Of a stretch of DNA of 64,000 nucleotides, positions 9,263 to 17,452 are shown in pieces. The notes beneath the pieces are model-generated. The model was not told the DNA's origin. It did no database searches and was given only the letters and a program-made list of their open reading frames with translations. The stretch is from an uncultured Candidatus Saccharibacteria bacterium (GTDB taxonomy: Bacteria; Patescibacteriota; Minisyncoccia; UBA6257; UBA11618): contig CAYJWP010000001.1 in the NCBI GenBank assembly GCA_964373915.1, positions 51,860 through 115,859 on the forward strand. Reading direction: 5' to 3'. Made by a program: the position numbers and the translations under genes. Within the stretch, counting starts at the first letter, position 1; each line of letters begins with the position of its first letter.

Positions 9263-10150
9263 GTGGATATTAAATTTTTAAAATGGTTTGCGGTAATCGT
9301 TGTTTTTGTTCTGGCTCTGACGGTGGCTTTTACAAATCTATCCGTTTTGGGACAAGGCGTACCCCGGCAAAATAAGTGCGTTTTGACAATACTTGAGGCG
9401 GTAAGCGTTCCTCCCGATCTCCAAAAATCCGAAGCAAAATTTCATATAAAATACGAGATAAAAAATCACAAAGACGAAGGCCTGTGGTCTATGCCTGCCA
9501 CAGAAATAAAATGGCCGAATATCATATCTCATTTCAAAAATAAATATCCGGATTGTGTTATAGACAATCAGGCGGCGACTGTCACCTATATTAAACCCAG
9601 AACAGGGCAAGATCCCCCCGACCCCCGTCACAGGGGCAATGTTATAATGAATTTTGATATTAAAGATCACAGGCCGGGGAAGAGAACTAGAAGAATTAGC
9701 ACTCCCGGAGGGCGGTCTTTAATTGATTTTTTAAATAAAGAATACCCGGGTTATACTATCAAACTTACCACTCCTGGCTTTAGAGGTCCGGCTTTAGCGC
9801 CTCCGGAAGATCAGGCGCCGGTTTGCCGCTCCATCGGCACCCTTTATACCAGCCCTAACTGGGAAAATGACCCCGACGTTTTTACCTGTCCCCCGTGCAG
9901 GCAATTAGAGAATGATTTAAATAGTTTTACTAAAAAGCTGATTGGAGATAATGCGGATCTTAGAGATTTGCTTGTAAAAACAGGCTTTGACTGGAAAAAA
10001 TTCGTTAACATCAAAATCGGGTTTCCTCCCGATGAACAAGGTATTCCCCATTTAAATGGTGTCAGCGATTCAGGAGTGATAGCATCTCAAATTAAAAAAG
10101 CTATGCAGGATTATATTGCAGAATTACGGCGGTGGAACACAAACAGATAA
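9263..10150 (+). CDS. hypothetical signal-anchored secreted protein (Cys-containing)
   Basis: N-terminal TM 'WFAVIVVFVLALTVAF'. Several Cys including 'FTCPPCRQLEN'. No recognisable domain. Confidence 0.55.
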   Translation: MDIKFLKWFAVIVVFVLALTVAFTNLSVLGQGVPRQNKCVLTILEAVSVPPDLQKSEAKFHIKYEIKNHKDEGLWSMPATEIKWPNIISHFKNKYPDCVIDNQAATVTYIKPRTGQDPPDPRHRGNVIMNFDIKDHRPGKRTRRISTPGGRSLIDFLNKEYPGYTIKLTTPGFRGPALAPPEDQAPVCRSIGTLYTSPNWENDPDVFTCPPCRQLENDLNSFTKKLIGDNADLRDLLVKTGFDWKKFVNIKIGFPPDEQGIPHLNGVSDSGVIASQIKKAMQDYIAELRRWNTNR

Positions 10151-10159
10151 AGAAAATAG

Positions 10160-11233
10160 ATGAGCAAAAATAATTTAAAATGGCTTGTAATTTTCGTGTC
10201 ATTGATTTTGGGGATGGCGATTGTTTTGCCTAAAACTAATTTTATTCTAGCCCAGTTTATTCCCAGTGGAACTATTGTCAGCCAAGAAAAAATACCCGGC
10301 ACTGACAATTATAAAGTAAAGATAGATTACGGCGGCATCACTATAGAAATAACGGCTTCGGCAAGAGAGTCGTCTAGGGAGTTTTTAGAAAACTTTTTAG
10401 GCGTCAAGTTAGTTGTTCCGCCAGCCTCTTCTCCGGAGCCAGTGCCCGCAAAGGATTGCCCGGAAACTTTTAAGATTGATTTAACCAATCGAATTAGGTT
10501 TGGGGTAAACGGAAAAAGAATTGACGAGGAAGTGGCTACATCAAATTTTCAATTATCACACGATAAAAATGACCATGAGGCCAGCCATGGCATCAATAGC
10601 ACGGCTCGCGCTATATACGCAGGCGTTCGTGAGGGTACCGGCGTGCATATTGGTTTTGACGAAAATGGCAAAGCCATTGTTACTTGGGTTGATGAGCCTA
10701 GGGGCAATATTTTGGGACTTATTGCTAGTAATGTTGTTCCCGATTTTTTTAAGAATCCGCCGGGTTTGATGAATCGTTACCGAACTTATTTAACAGGCGC
10801 CCGCCAGCGCAACATTGATGAAATCTCTAATTTGTTTGATGAATGGGGCGCTTACAATGCCGGAGGAGAAGCTCGTTTGAGAATGAGAATCAATGGGCAA
10901 AAAAAAGCTCTCGATGGAACGGATTTGAATCTGGCAAACATAATTGAGGGTCCGGCGGATTATATAATCATTGGTGGATCGGTTGCCCTTTATTTAAGAA
11001 ACAACGACCCAAGGTATTTTCAAAGCGCTCAATTTAAAAACTTTTTTAAATTCCAAATAGAAAAAAGCGCAACGCTTATCAATAAAGGCTTGGCAACCGG
11101 TGATATTTCTGATGCCGGCCATACTAATTTTATGTTAGATAATCTAAGAAAGAATCCCCAAGCGGCTAGGATTCGTCAAGTTTTAGTAGAACTTTACGGC
11201 CGCGACTGGACGCAAAGAGTCTTAGGTTTTTAA
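10160..11233 (+). CDS. hypothetical signal-anchored secreted protein
   Basis: N-terminal TM 'WLVIFVSLILGMAIVL'. 357 aa. No recognisable domain. Confidence 0.55.
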   Translation: MSKNNLKWLVIFVSLILGMAIVLPKTNFILAQFIPSGTIVSQEKIPGTDNYKVKIDYGGITIEITASARESSREFLENFLGVKLVVPPASSPEPVPAKDCPETFKIDLTNRIRFGVNGKRIDEEVATSNFQLSHDKNDHEASHGINSTARAIYAGVREGTGVHIGFDENGKAIVTWVDEPRGNILGLIASNVVPDFFKNPPGLMNRYRTYLTGARQRNIDEISNLFDEWGAYNAGGEARLRMRINGQKKALDGTDLNLANIIEGPADYIIIGGSVALYLRNNDPRYFQSAQFKNFFKFQIEKSATLINKGLATGDISDAGHTNFMLDNLRKNPQAARIRQVLVELYGRDWTQRVLGF

Positions 11234-11254
11234 AATTTATGTTAGCATAAACAT

Positions 11255-12397
11255 ATGCGGGAAAATAAAAAACATTTTTTATTTTTATTATTGCTTTTAG
11301 TAGCGTTCGTCTTAGTTTTATTTTTTATTTTATTTAGTTCCAAGTTACAGTTTTCTTATCAAGCCTTAAATGCAGCGCAAGAAGATCAAAATATATTAAG
11401 AGGAAGTCAATTTGTTAGCGTTGGCGACGGTTTAGGACAGGTTGTCAACGTTGTCAGGGGGGGCGGTGATCAATTTCCTAATGAATCTTACTATTGGCTA
11501 TACATTATTGCTCTATCACAATCATGCCAAAGGGAGGGGGGGTGGTTACCTTGGGTCTTTGGAGGAGGTAGCGGTTCTTCTTTAGAATCCAAACAACTCT
11601 TTGCAAGTATTTTTGATGTTCTATATAGTTTTTTTAATAAAACCAGTAAAGTTTTTGCTCTCCAGGGCGGCGGTTTTGGCCCCCCAGTTGTTGATCCACC
11701 CCCAGATCCGATTCCTATCCCGGCTCCTGCTCCATCTTCAAGAAGAGACATAATAACTATAGGAGTTGGTTTACAATATTGTTGGGGAGGAAGTGCTCCT
11801 ATTCGTCCATTTGTGGATTTTCTTTCGCGGACGGGAAGAAGGCTGTTGCCAATGATTATAGAAGTAGGGGGCAATCTTCGGTATTGGCCCATGGAGGGAA
11901 CTCGGGATGTAGCGTGGCTGGTCAAGCCAGTTGATTCATCAGCTGGCGCTGGGTTGAATATGATAATAGTTAGAGTTGACAAAAGCACACCAGTTAAATC
12001 ATCCAAACGTCCTGGATTTTTCCCAACACTGAAATCGGTAATACCTACCCCAGTTGATCCCCAAACGTTTGCTGATCCAGTAGGTGGTTCTATAACAATT
12101 AGGTTTCCTTTTGGAAAAAGAGATGGAGGTAGATATTTAGCAGAATTTAAGGAGCGTTGCGCTTTGGCTAATGAGCCACTTATAGAAAATGGCGTTGAAT
12201 ACTATAAACTGTCTAGTTTGCCAAATTTAAAAAAATACCGAATGAAAGACCTGCCAATAGGTAGTAAAGTTTACCAGAATGGAAAGGAGGTTGGCGTTTA
12301 TGTAGGCAACGGAAAAGTTTTACCATCCCGATACATTTTGCAGTTTTATAATGCTGTGGCAAAGCAAGTACCCAAGCCTCCTATTATTAGTAGATGA
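11255..12397 (+). CDS. hypothetical signal-anchored secreted protein with a Pro-rich linker
   Basis: N-terminal TM 'FLFLLLLLVAFVLVLFFILF', linker 'PPVVDPPPDPIPIPAPAPS', and a C-terminal 'VYQNGKEVGVYVGNGKVL' segment faintly reminiscent of NlpC/P60-type motifs (weak). Confidence 0.55.
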   Translation: MRENKKHFLFLLLLLVAFVLVLFFILFSSKLQFSYQALNAAQEDQNILRGSQFVSVGDGLGQVVNVVRGGGDQFPNESYYWLYIIALSQSCQREGGWLPWVFGGGSGSSLESKQLFASIFDVLYSFFNKTSKVFALQGGGFGPPVVDPPPDPIPIPAPAPSSRRDIITIGVGLQYCWGGSAPIRPFVDFLSRTGRRLLPMIIEVGGNLRYWPMEGTRDVAWLVKPVDSSAGAGLNMIIVRVDKSTPVKSSKRPGFFPTLKSVIPTPVDPQTFADPVGGSITIRFPFGKRDGGRYLAEFKERCALANEPLIENGVEYYKLSSLPNLKKYRMKDLPIGSKVYQNGKEVGVYVGNGKVLPSRYILQFYNAVAKQVPKPPIISR

Positions 12398-12660
12398 GGC
12401 TTGCTATCTCTTTAGTTACAATAATCAGTATAACCGTGATGGGCTTTCAGCTTTTCCGCCTTTATGGCCAGAAATCAAACTTAGAAAAAAAATTAGAAGC
12501 TATTAACTCCCAAATCAAGCCTTTAGTTGATGAAAATAAAAATGTTTTAGCCGACATCAATTATTTTCAGAATCCTAACAATCTTGAAAAAGAAGCGCGC
12601 GCGCAGTTAAACTATGTTCGGCCGGGAGAAAAGATGATTATCGTGATTCCTCAACCATGA
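12394..12660 (+). CDS. septum formation initiator family protein (FtsB/DivIC-like)
   Basis: 88 aa: TM helix, coiled coil, then 'EKEARAQLNYVRPGEKMIIV', the characteristic FtsB/DivIC C-terminal motif. Confidence 0.65.
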   Translation: MRLAISLVTIISITVMGFQLFRLYGQKSNLEKKLEAINSQIKPLVDENKNVLADINYFQNPNNLEKEARAQLNYVRPGEKMIIVIPQP

Positions 12661-13205
12661 AAAAGTTTTACGCGGCTTTTATTCTGATAATTCTTGCGGC
12701 GGCTGGTTTGGTTTTCCTTTTTCGCGCCGGTTGGCATCCTCTGGCTCTAGTTAACTCTCGCCTTGTCTGGGCGTGGCAATTTGAGAAAGAATATCAGTCG
12801 GCTCTCAAGTATTATGACAAACTTTCTTCTGTCTATAAGCTTCCCAAGCCGGAGGGGGATATAAAATTGGCAGTGCTTGATAAATTAATAGAAAAAATCA
12901 TAATATCAGAAAGTTTGAAAGATATATTTGGCGAAGAGGGCCAGGTATTAGTAAGCCAAAAAGTGTCAACTTCCTTAAAAAATACCAATCTAGAAGCCGC
13001 GGTTTCTTCGTTGCTTAGCATTGATTTTAAAGATTTTCAGGAAATGGTGCTTATCCCTCAAGCCGAAAAAGAGATAATTGAAGAAAAATTAAAAAGTGAA
13101 AGCCGCGACTTCTCTAATTGGCTGAAAAACAAAAAAAATCAGGCAAAAGTTTATCTTTTTACTAACGAATTTAATTGGATTAAAGGGGGGATAAATAGAA
13201 AGTAA
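12657..13205 (+). CDS. hypothetical membrane-anchored protein
   Basis: 182-aa ORF with an N-terminal TM helix. Translationally coupled to the upstream gene (ATGA overlap). Confidence 0.5.
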   Translation: MKKFYAAFILIILAAAGLVFLFRAGWHPLALVNSRLVWAWQFEKEYQSALKYYDKLSSVYKLPKPEGDIKLAVLDKLIEKIIISESLKDIFGEEGQVLVSQKVSTSLKNTNLEAAVSSLLSIDFKDFQEMVLIPQAEKEIIEEKLKSESRDFSNWLKNKKNQAKVYLFTNEFNWIKGGINRK

Positions 13206-13208
13206 CCG

Positions 13209-13282
13209 GCGAGATTAGTACAGTGGCAGTACGCTTGCTTCCCAAGCAAGAGACGCGAGTTCGATTCTCGTATCTCGCTCCA
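13209..13282 (+). tRNA. tRNA-Gly (anticodon CCC)
   Basis: Cloverleaf folded by hand. Acceptor GCGAGAT/ATCTCGC, D-arm GTAC-AGTGGCA-GTAC, anticodon loop TTCCCAA, T-arm GCGAG-TTCGATT-CTCGT, discriminator U, encoded CCA. Confidence 0.9.
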
Positions 13283-13285
13283 AGC

Positions 13286-13313
13286 AAAAGGGGGCTGACA
13301 GCCCCCTTTTTTT
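13286..13313 (+). terminator. rho-independent terminator after tRNA-Gly
   Basis: 'AAAGGGGGCTGACAGCCCCCTTTTTTT'. Confidence 0.75.
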
Positions 13314-13336
13314 GTGCTATAATTCAATCTATTCTA

Positions 13337-13408
13337 GCCGGAGTAGCTCAGTGGCAGAGCGGTGCTTTCGTAAAGCAAAGATCGCGAGTTCGATTCTCGC
13401 CTCCGGCT
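13337..13408 (+). tRNA. tRNA-Thr (anticodon CGT)
   Basis: Acceptor GCCGGAG/CTCCGGC, D-arm GCTC-AGTGGCA-GAGC, anticodon loop TTCGTAA, T-arm GCGAG-TTCGATT-CTCGC. CCA not encoded. Confidence 0.85.
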
Positions 13409-13435
13409 CAAAATTCCTACGGAATTTTGCAATAT

Positions 13436-14158
13436 ATGCGTCCACTATCAGATAAATACGACCAAAACAACGCCCATCTTTCTGTTCATGCCGGTGCTGG
13501 CGGAGACGATGCTAAGGATTGGGCCGGCATGCTTTTTAAAATGTATTTCAAATATGCCGGACGCAGGGGTTGGCAAACTATGGCGATTGATGATTTAACT
13601 ATGGATATCAAAGGAGATTATGCTTATGGAACTTTAAAAAAGGAAGCTGGCGTCCATCGGCTAGTGCGCATCTCTCCTTTTTCTACAAAAAAACTGCGCC
13701 ACACCTCATTTGCTTTAGTGGAAGTCCTGCCGGAGCTTCCGGAAATAGAAAGAAAAAAATTGGTTATCCCGGAAGATGATTTAAGGGTGGAAATGTTTCG
13801 CTCCAGCGGACCGGGCGGGCAAAATGTAAATAAGCGGGAAACCGCCGTCAGGGTCATCCACATGCCTAGCGGTTTGAGCGCCGCTTCGCAGGTAGAGCGC
13901 TCGCAAGCGCAAAATAAGGAAAAGGCGGTTAATCTGCTCAAAGCTCGCCTCATTAAGGTTATGGAGGAAAGGCGCATGCAGGAATTAAGTAATTTACAAA
14001 CTAAAATTGTGCCGGAGTGGGGTAGCCAGATTCGCTCTTATGTCCTGCACCCCTACAAGCAGGTTAAAGACCATCGCACCAAGGCTGTTAGCCACAATCC
14101 GGACAATGTTTTAGACGGTGACTTGGATAAGTTTATTGAATCGGAACTGGAAATTTGA
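13436..14158 (+). CDS. prfB: peptide chain release factor 2, N-terminally truncated (domains 2-4 only; domain 1 absent)
   Basis: 'HAGAGGDDAKDW', codon-recognition tripeptide 'SPF', 'SGPGGQNVNKRETAVRVIHMPSG' (GGQ), 'WGSQIRSYVLHPY'. The first ATG after tRNA-Thr sits about 15 aa before the 'HAGAGG' block. TTG 13427 is an alternative start. The 13223 ORF extension runs through the tRNAs and is spurious. Confidence 0.8.
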   Translation: MRPLSDKYDQNNAHLSVHAGAGGDDAKDWAGMLFKMYFKYAGRRGWQTMAIDDLTMDIKGDYAYGTLKKEAGVHRLVRISPFSTKKLRHTSFALVEVLPELPEIERKKLVIPEDDLRVEMFRSSGPGGQNVNKRETAVRVIHMPSGLSAASQVERSQAQNKEKAVNLLKARLIKVMEERRMQELSNLQTKIVPEWGSQIRSYVLHPYKQVKDHRTKAVSHNPDNVLDGDLDKFIESELEI

Positions 14159-14183
14159 TTATAATAAAACCTATTACCCCCCC

Positions 14184-14864
14184 ATGATAAATTTCATCAA
14201 TGTTTCTAAAGTCTACTCCAATAAATCCACTGCTCTAAATAATGTCAGTTTTAAGATAGACCCCAAGGAATTTGTAACCATTGTCGGTAAATCAGGGGCG
14301 GGTAAATCAACTATTATTAAACTTATTATTGGAGAAGAAAAACCTACCAGAGGCAAGGTTTTGTTTGCCAACCAGGAGGTGAATAAATTAACTTACAAAG
14401 AATTGCCTCTGTTAAGGAAAAGAATAGGTATTATTTTCCAAGACTTTCGCCTTTTACCGGCAAAAAATGCTCATGAGAATGTTGCTTTTGCGATGGAGGT
14501 CAGCGGTAAGTCGCAATTAGAAATTAATGAAGTAGTGCCTCAAATTTTAGATATGGTCGGATTGGGGGATAAAGCCGATCGCTTTCCCCATGAACTATCT
14601 GGAGGGGAGAGGCAGAGAGTGGCTATTGCTAGGGCGATGGTCAATCGGCCGGCGTTGATTATTGCCGATGAACCGACTGGCAATCTTGACCCAAGCAATA
14701 CGTGGGAGATAGTGGATATTCTCCTGAAAATTAATGAATTAGGCACCACGGTTATTCTAGCCACCCACAACAAGGATATTATTAACAACTTAGGCAGGCG
14801 CGTTATCAGCCTGGATGATGGTAAAATGATAAGAGACGAGAAAAAAGGCAGATATATTTTGTAA
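14184..14864 (+). CDS. ftsE: cell division ATP-binding protein FtsE
   Basis: ABC ATPase with Walker A 'GKSGAGKST', signature 'LSGGERQRVAIARA', and the FtsE-like 'MINFINVSKVY' N-terminus. Conserved prfB-ftsE-ftsX synteny. Confidence 0.9.
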   Translation: MINFINVSKVYSNKSTALNNVSFKIDPKEFVTIVGKSGAGKSTIIKLIIGEEKPTRGKVLFANQEVNKLTYKELPLLRKRIGIIFQDFRLLPAKNAHENVAFAMEVSGKSQLEINEVVPQILDMVGLGDKADRFPHELSGGERQRVAIARAMVNRPALIIADEPTGNLDPSNTWEIVDILLKINELGTTVILATHNKDIINNLGRRVISLDDGKMIRDEKKGRYIL

Positions 14865-15775
14865 TGGCCACTACTCTTTTTAGAATAATTAAATATGGCT
14901 GGCATAATTTTCGCCGCAATAGTTGGCTTTCTGTTGCCACTATTAGCATTTTACTTCTAACACTAATAGTTTTTCAGGGCTTGATTATTTTTCGGGTTAT
15001 CACTGGCGCGGCTATTGAAAGCTTAAAAGACAAAATAGATGTCAGTATATATTTTGCCACTGATGTTAGCGAGGAAAATATTTTAGAAATTCAAAAAAAG
15101 ATAGAGGTGCAAGACAAAGTTAAAAAAGTTGAATATATTTCCAGGGAAAAGGCTCTTGGAATATTTAAAGAAAAACATAAAGACGATCCCACTATTACTC
15201 AAGCTCTCCAAGAACTTGAGGACAATCCTCTTTCTGCCTCTTTAAATATTAAAGCCAACGAACCCAGCGATTACCCCGAGATCGCCTCGTTTTTAGACCA
15301 GCAAAAAAGCTGGCAGCCATTAATGGAAAAAGTTACTTATCGCCAAAACCAGCTGGTTATTGAGCGATTAGGCAAGATAGTGGATACCACCGAGAAATTA
15401 GGCTTAGCTTTGACTTTTTTCCTATCTTTAGCGGCTATTTTAGTAACTTTCAACACTATAAGCTTAGCTATCTACTCTAATCGTGAAGAAGTTAAAATTA
15501 TGCGATTAGTCGGCTCTTCTAACAGGTTAATAGTTGGCCCTTTTATAGTAACTGGCATTATCTACAGCGCCATCGCGGCCGTTTTAAGCCAGCTGATTAT
15601 CTGGCCCGTGGTTGTCACCACTTCTCCCTATCTCAAATTTTTTCTTTCAGAAACCGATTTAGCCTCCTATTACATGGATAATTTTTGGAAGCTTTTAGCC
15701 TACCAACTTTTATTTGGAGCTATTCTTGGCGCCGTCTCTGGCAAAATAGCTATTAGAAGGTATTTAAAAACTTAG
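14864..15775 (+). CDS. ftsX: cell division permease FtsX
   Basis: FtsX topology: TM1, large periplasmic loop, three C-terminal TMs. Immediately downstream of ftsE. Confidence 0.85.
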   Translation: MATTLFRIIKYGWHNFRRNSWLSVATISILLLTLIVFQGLIIFRVITGAAIESLKDKIDVSIYFATDVSEENILEIQKKIEVQDKVKKVEYISREKALGIFKEKHKDDPTITQALQELEDNPLSASLNIKANEPSDYPEIASFLDQQKSWQPLMEKVTYRQNQLVIERLGKIVDTTEKLGLALTFFLSLAAILVTFNTISLAIYSNREEVKIMRLVGSSNRLIVGPFIVTGIIYSAIAAVLSQLIIWPVVVTTSPYLKFFLSETDLASYYMDNFWKLLAYQLLFGAILGAVSGKIAIRRYLKT

Positions 15776-15795
15776 TTGGAGCAAGTTGGTATTAA

Positions 15796-17238
15796 CTAAA
15801 ACCAACCCAGCAGGAATTGAGCTACCAACCCTAAAAATTCTTTTGATTCTATTCTCTTTGATTGAGGTTGTTGCAACTGCATCTGTAATTCTATAGAACG
15901 GAAATCTATATTTTCAGGAATTAATGACCTGAATTGTTCCGGTATTTGTGTAGGCGCTCCTTCAAGCAGGAAATTATTTAATCCTTCAAGGCTGGGCGGA
16001 GGAGGCCCCTGATAGTCCTTATCCGGAAATGAGTCTTGTCTTCCCGGAAACTCTTCCTGTCTGCTCGGGAAAGACCTGTCTTCTAAGCCCGGCGGCGTAA
16101 AATCAGCAAAACAACCTCGCATAATTTCCGGCATTTTAGTCCTCATTTCGAAAGGATTAAAATCAGGGCTATTCAGCAACTCTTCCAGTTTGGGCCCGAC
16201 GCACTCTGTAATCCCCGGCGGAGCATTTCCAGTTTCTTCATTAATCCGGCGGCGCACCTCCTCTTTTATTCGTCCACTTTCTCCTTTGGGGATGATTTTA
16301 TTAAAATTAAAATCTGGATTTTCTTTTTTAATCTCCTCAAAGAATTGTTCCGCTAATTCCGGCTTTGCATCAAAAACTTTTTCGCACTCCTGCCGGTTGC
16401 GACAACCTGTTTTTTCTTTGATTTTACGGGCAAACCGCGCTTCTTCTTGGCCGATAATCCCGTGCTCTATAGCAAAGGCGAAACAGACTTCCTCGTTGGC
16501 CGGATTGTCACAGTGTTTTTCACAAGCCCTTCCCCGACAACCTCCGGGACCCACTCCGCCGGTCTTTTTGACGATGCTGGCCTCTTGTTCTGTCATAAAA
16601 CCGGCGGCCACGCCGAACTTTATGCACTCATCCATTCTCTCCGGTTTAAAATCTCCGCCATCCGGCCCGCCGGCGCCAAAACAATAAGTCTCGCACTCCT
16701 CTTTATTGCGGCAACTGCCGGGAGTTTTAACGCCTCTTGCTAGAGCATCCCTGATTTTTTTCGCCTCTTCTAACTCTTGCCTGTCCATCACGTCATACTT
16801 TTCAGCGTAAGCCACACACTCATTAATATTGGCGACATCATCACAATAAGCGCGGCATTCATCAAAGCCTTGGCATCCGCCCGGCCCAGCGCCGCCTCTT
16901 AGCGATTGCGATAATTTCTCTACCTCGCTAGCCTCCTTGTTAGCGATAGGCCCCTCTAATAAGTTGTGTTTTTTAGCGAAAGCAAAACAAGCGGCAAAAT
17001 TATCGGGCTGGTCGCAATATAATCGGCACTCCTTTTCATTTTTACAGCCGCCTAATTCCTCTACGGGATAAACAATATCGTCCTTGGTGGCGGCTCCTGC
17101 CAGCGGCAACATCAGGAACAGAAAAAACAAAACTGCTAAAGTCGTAATAATTTTATTGTCCAGCTTATTACTCAAAGGGATTTTGATAAGTGTTTGAAAA
17201 TGGATTGGCTTTTTCCACCGGATTGACATCTTGGACAT
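15796..17238 (-). CDS. secreted cysteine-rich tandem-repeat protein (five C-x5/6-C-x3-C-x7/9-C modules) with a Pro-rich C-terminus
   Basis: Signal/TM 'IITTLAVLFFLFLMLPLAGAA'. Repeats 'GGCKNEKECRLYCDQPDNFAACFAFAKKH', 'GGCQGFDECRAYCDDVANINECVAYAEKY', 'GSCRNKEECETYCFGAGG...', 'GGCRGRACEKHCDNPANEEVCFAFAIEHG', 'TGCRNRQECEKVF'. Confidence 0.6.
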   Translation of the reverse strand: MSKMSIRWKKPIHFQTLIKIPLSNKLDNKIITTLAVLFFLFLMLPLAGAATKDDIVYPVEELGGCKNEKECRLYCDQPDNFAACFAFAKKHNLLEGPIANKEASEVEKLSQSLRGGAGPGGCQGFDECRAYCDDVANINECVAYAEKYDVMDRQELEEAKKIRDALARGVKTPGSCRNKEECETYCFGAGGPDGGDFKPERMDECIKFGVAAGFMTEQEASIVKKTGGVGPGGCRGRACEKHCDNPANEEVCFAFAIEHGIIGQEEARFARKIKEKTGCRNRQECEKVFDAKPELAEQFFEEIKKENPDFNFNKIIPKGESGRIKEEVRRRINEETGNAPPGITECVGPKLEELLNSPDFNPFEMRTKMPEIMRGCFADFTPPGLEDRSFPSRQEEFPGRQDSFPDKDYQGPPPPSLEGLNNFLLEGAPTQIPEQFRSLIPENIDFRSIELQMQLQQPQSKRIESKEFLGLVAQFLLGWF

Positions 17239-17416
17239 CTCCCAGGGGATTAATCGCCTTAATATCTACCCTAACGCCAAAATCTTCCGCTTTGGGAATT
17301 AACTCCGGCGCTAGTTGCGGAGTTGTTCCCGAATATGGCTGTTTAAAGACATAAAAAAACAAGAATCCCAATAACAACAAAACAGCAATAGCAATCCAAA
17401 GATAATATTGCTTCAT
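17168..17416 (-). CDS. possible small membrane protein (82 aa); overlaps the downstream gene start by 71 nt
   Basis: N-terminal TM 'LWIAIAVLLLLGFLFFYVF'. The overlap and lack of a recognisable RBS lower confidence. Confidence 0.3.
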   Translation of the reverse strand: MKQYYLWIAIAVLLLLGFLFFYVFKQPYSGTTPQLAPELIPKAEDFGVRVDIKAINPLGDVQDVNPVEKANPFSNTYQNPFE

Positions 17417-17452
17417 TAGCTTTTATTATATAGTATCCCTTTAAATTTTACT

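Noticed and set aside
11255-12397. NlpC/P60 or CHAP peptidase assignment for the C-terminus of the fourth secreted protein
   Set aside because: Only the 'VGVYVGNGK' segment resembles the NlpC/P60 His-motif region. There is no catalytic Cys motif (DCSG) or His. Left as hypothetical.
13223-13435. GTG-initiated N-terminal extension of the release-factor ORF (track ORF 13223..14158)
   Set aside because: The extension runs straight through two well-formed tRNA genes and a terminator hairpin, and its translation has no RF-like sequence. The real CDS starts after tRNA-Thr.
16190-16743. 165-aa and 98-aa plus-strand ORFs inside the Cys-rich repeat gene
   Set aside because: These are shadow ORFs on the opposite strand of a much longer ORF with a coherent repeat structure. 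Their Ala/Pro/Ser-rich translations are typical of antisense frames.
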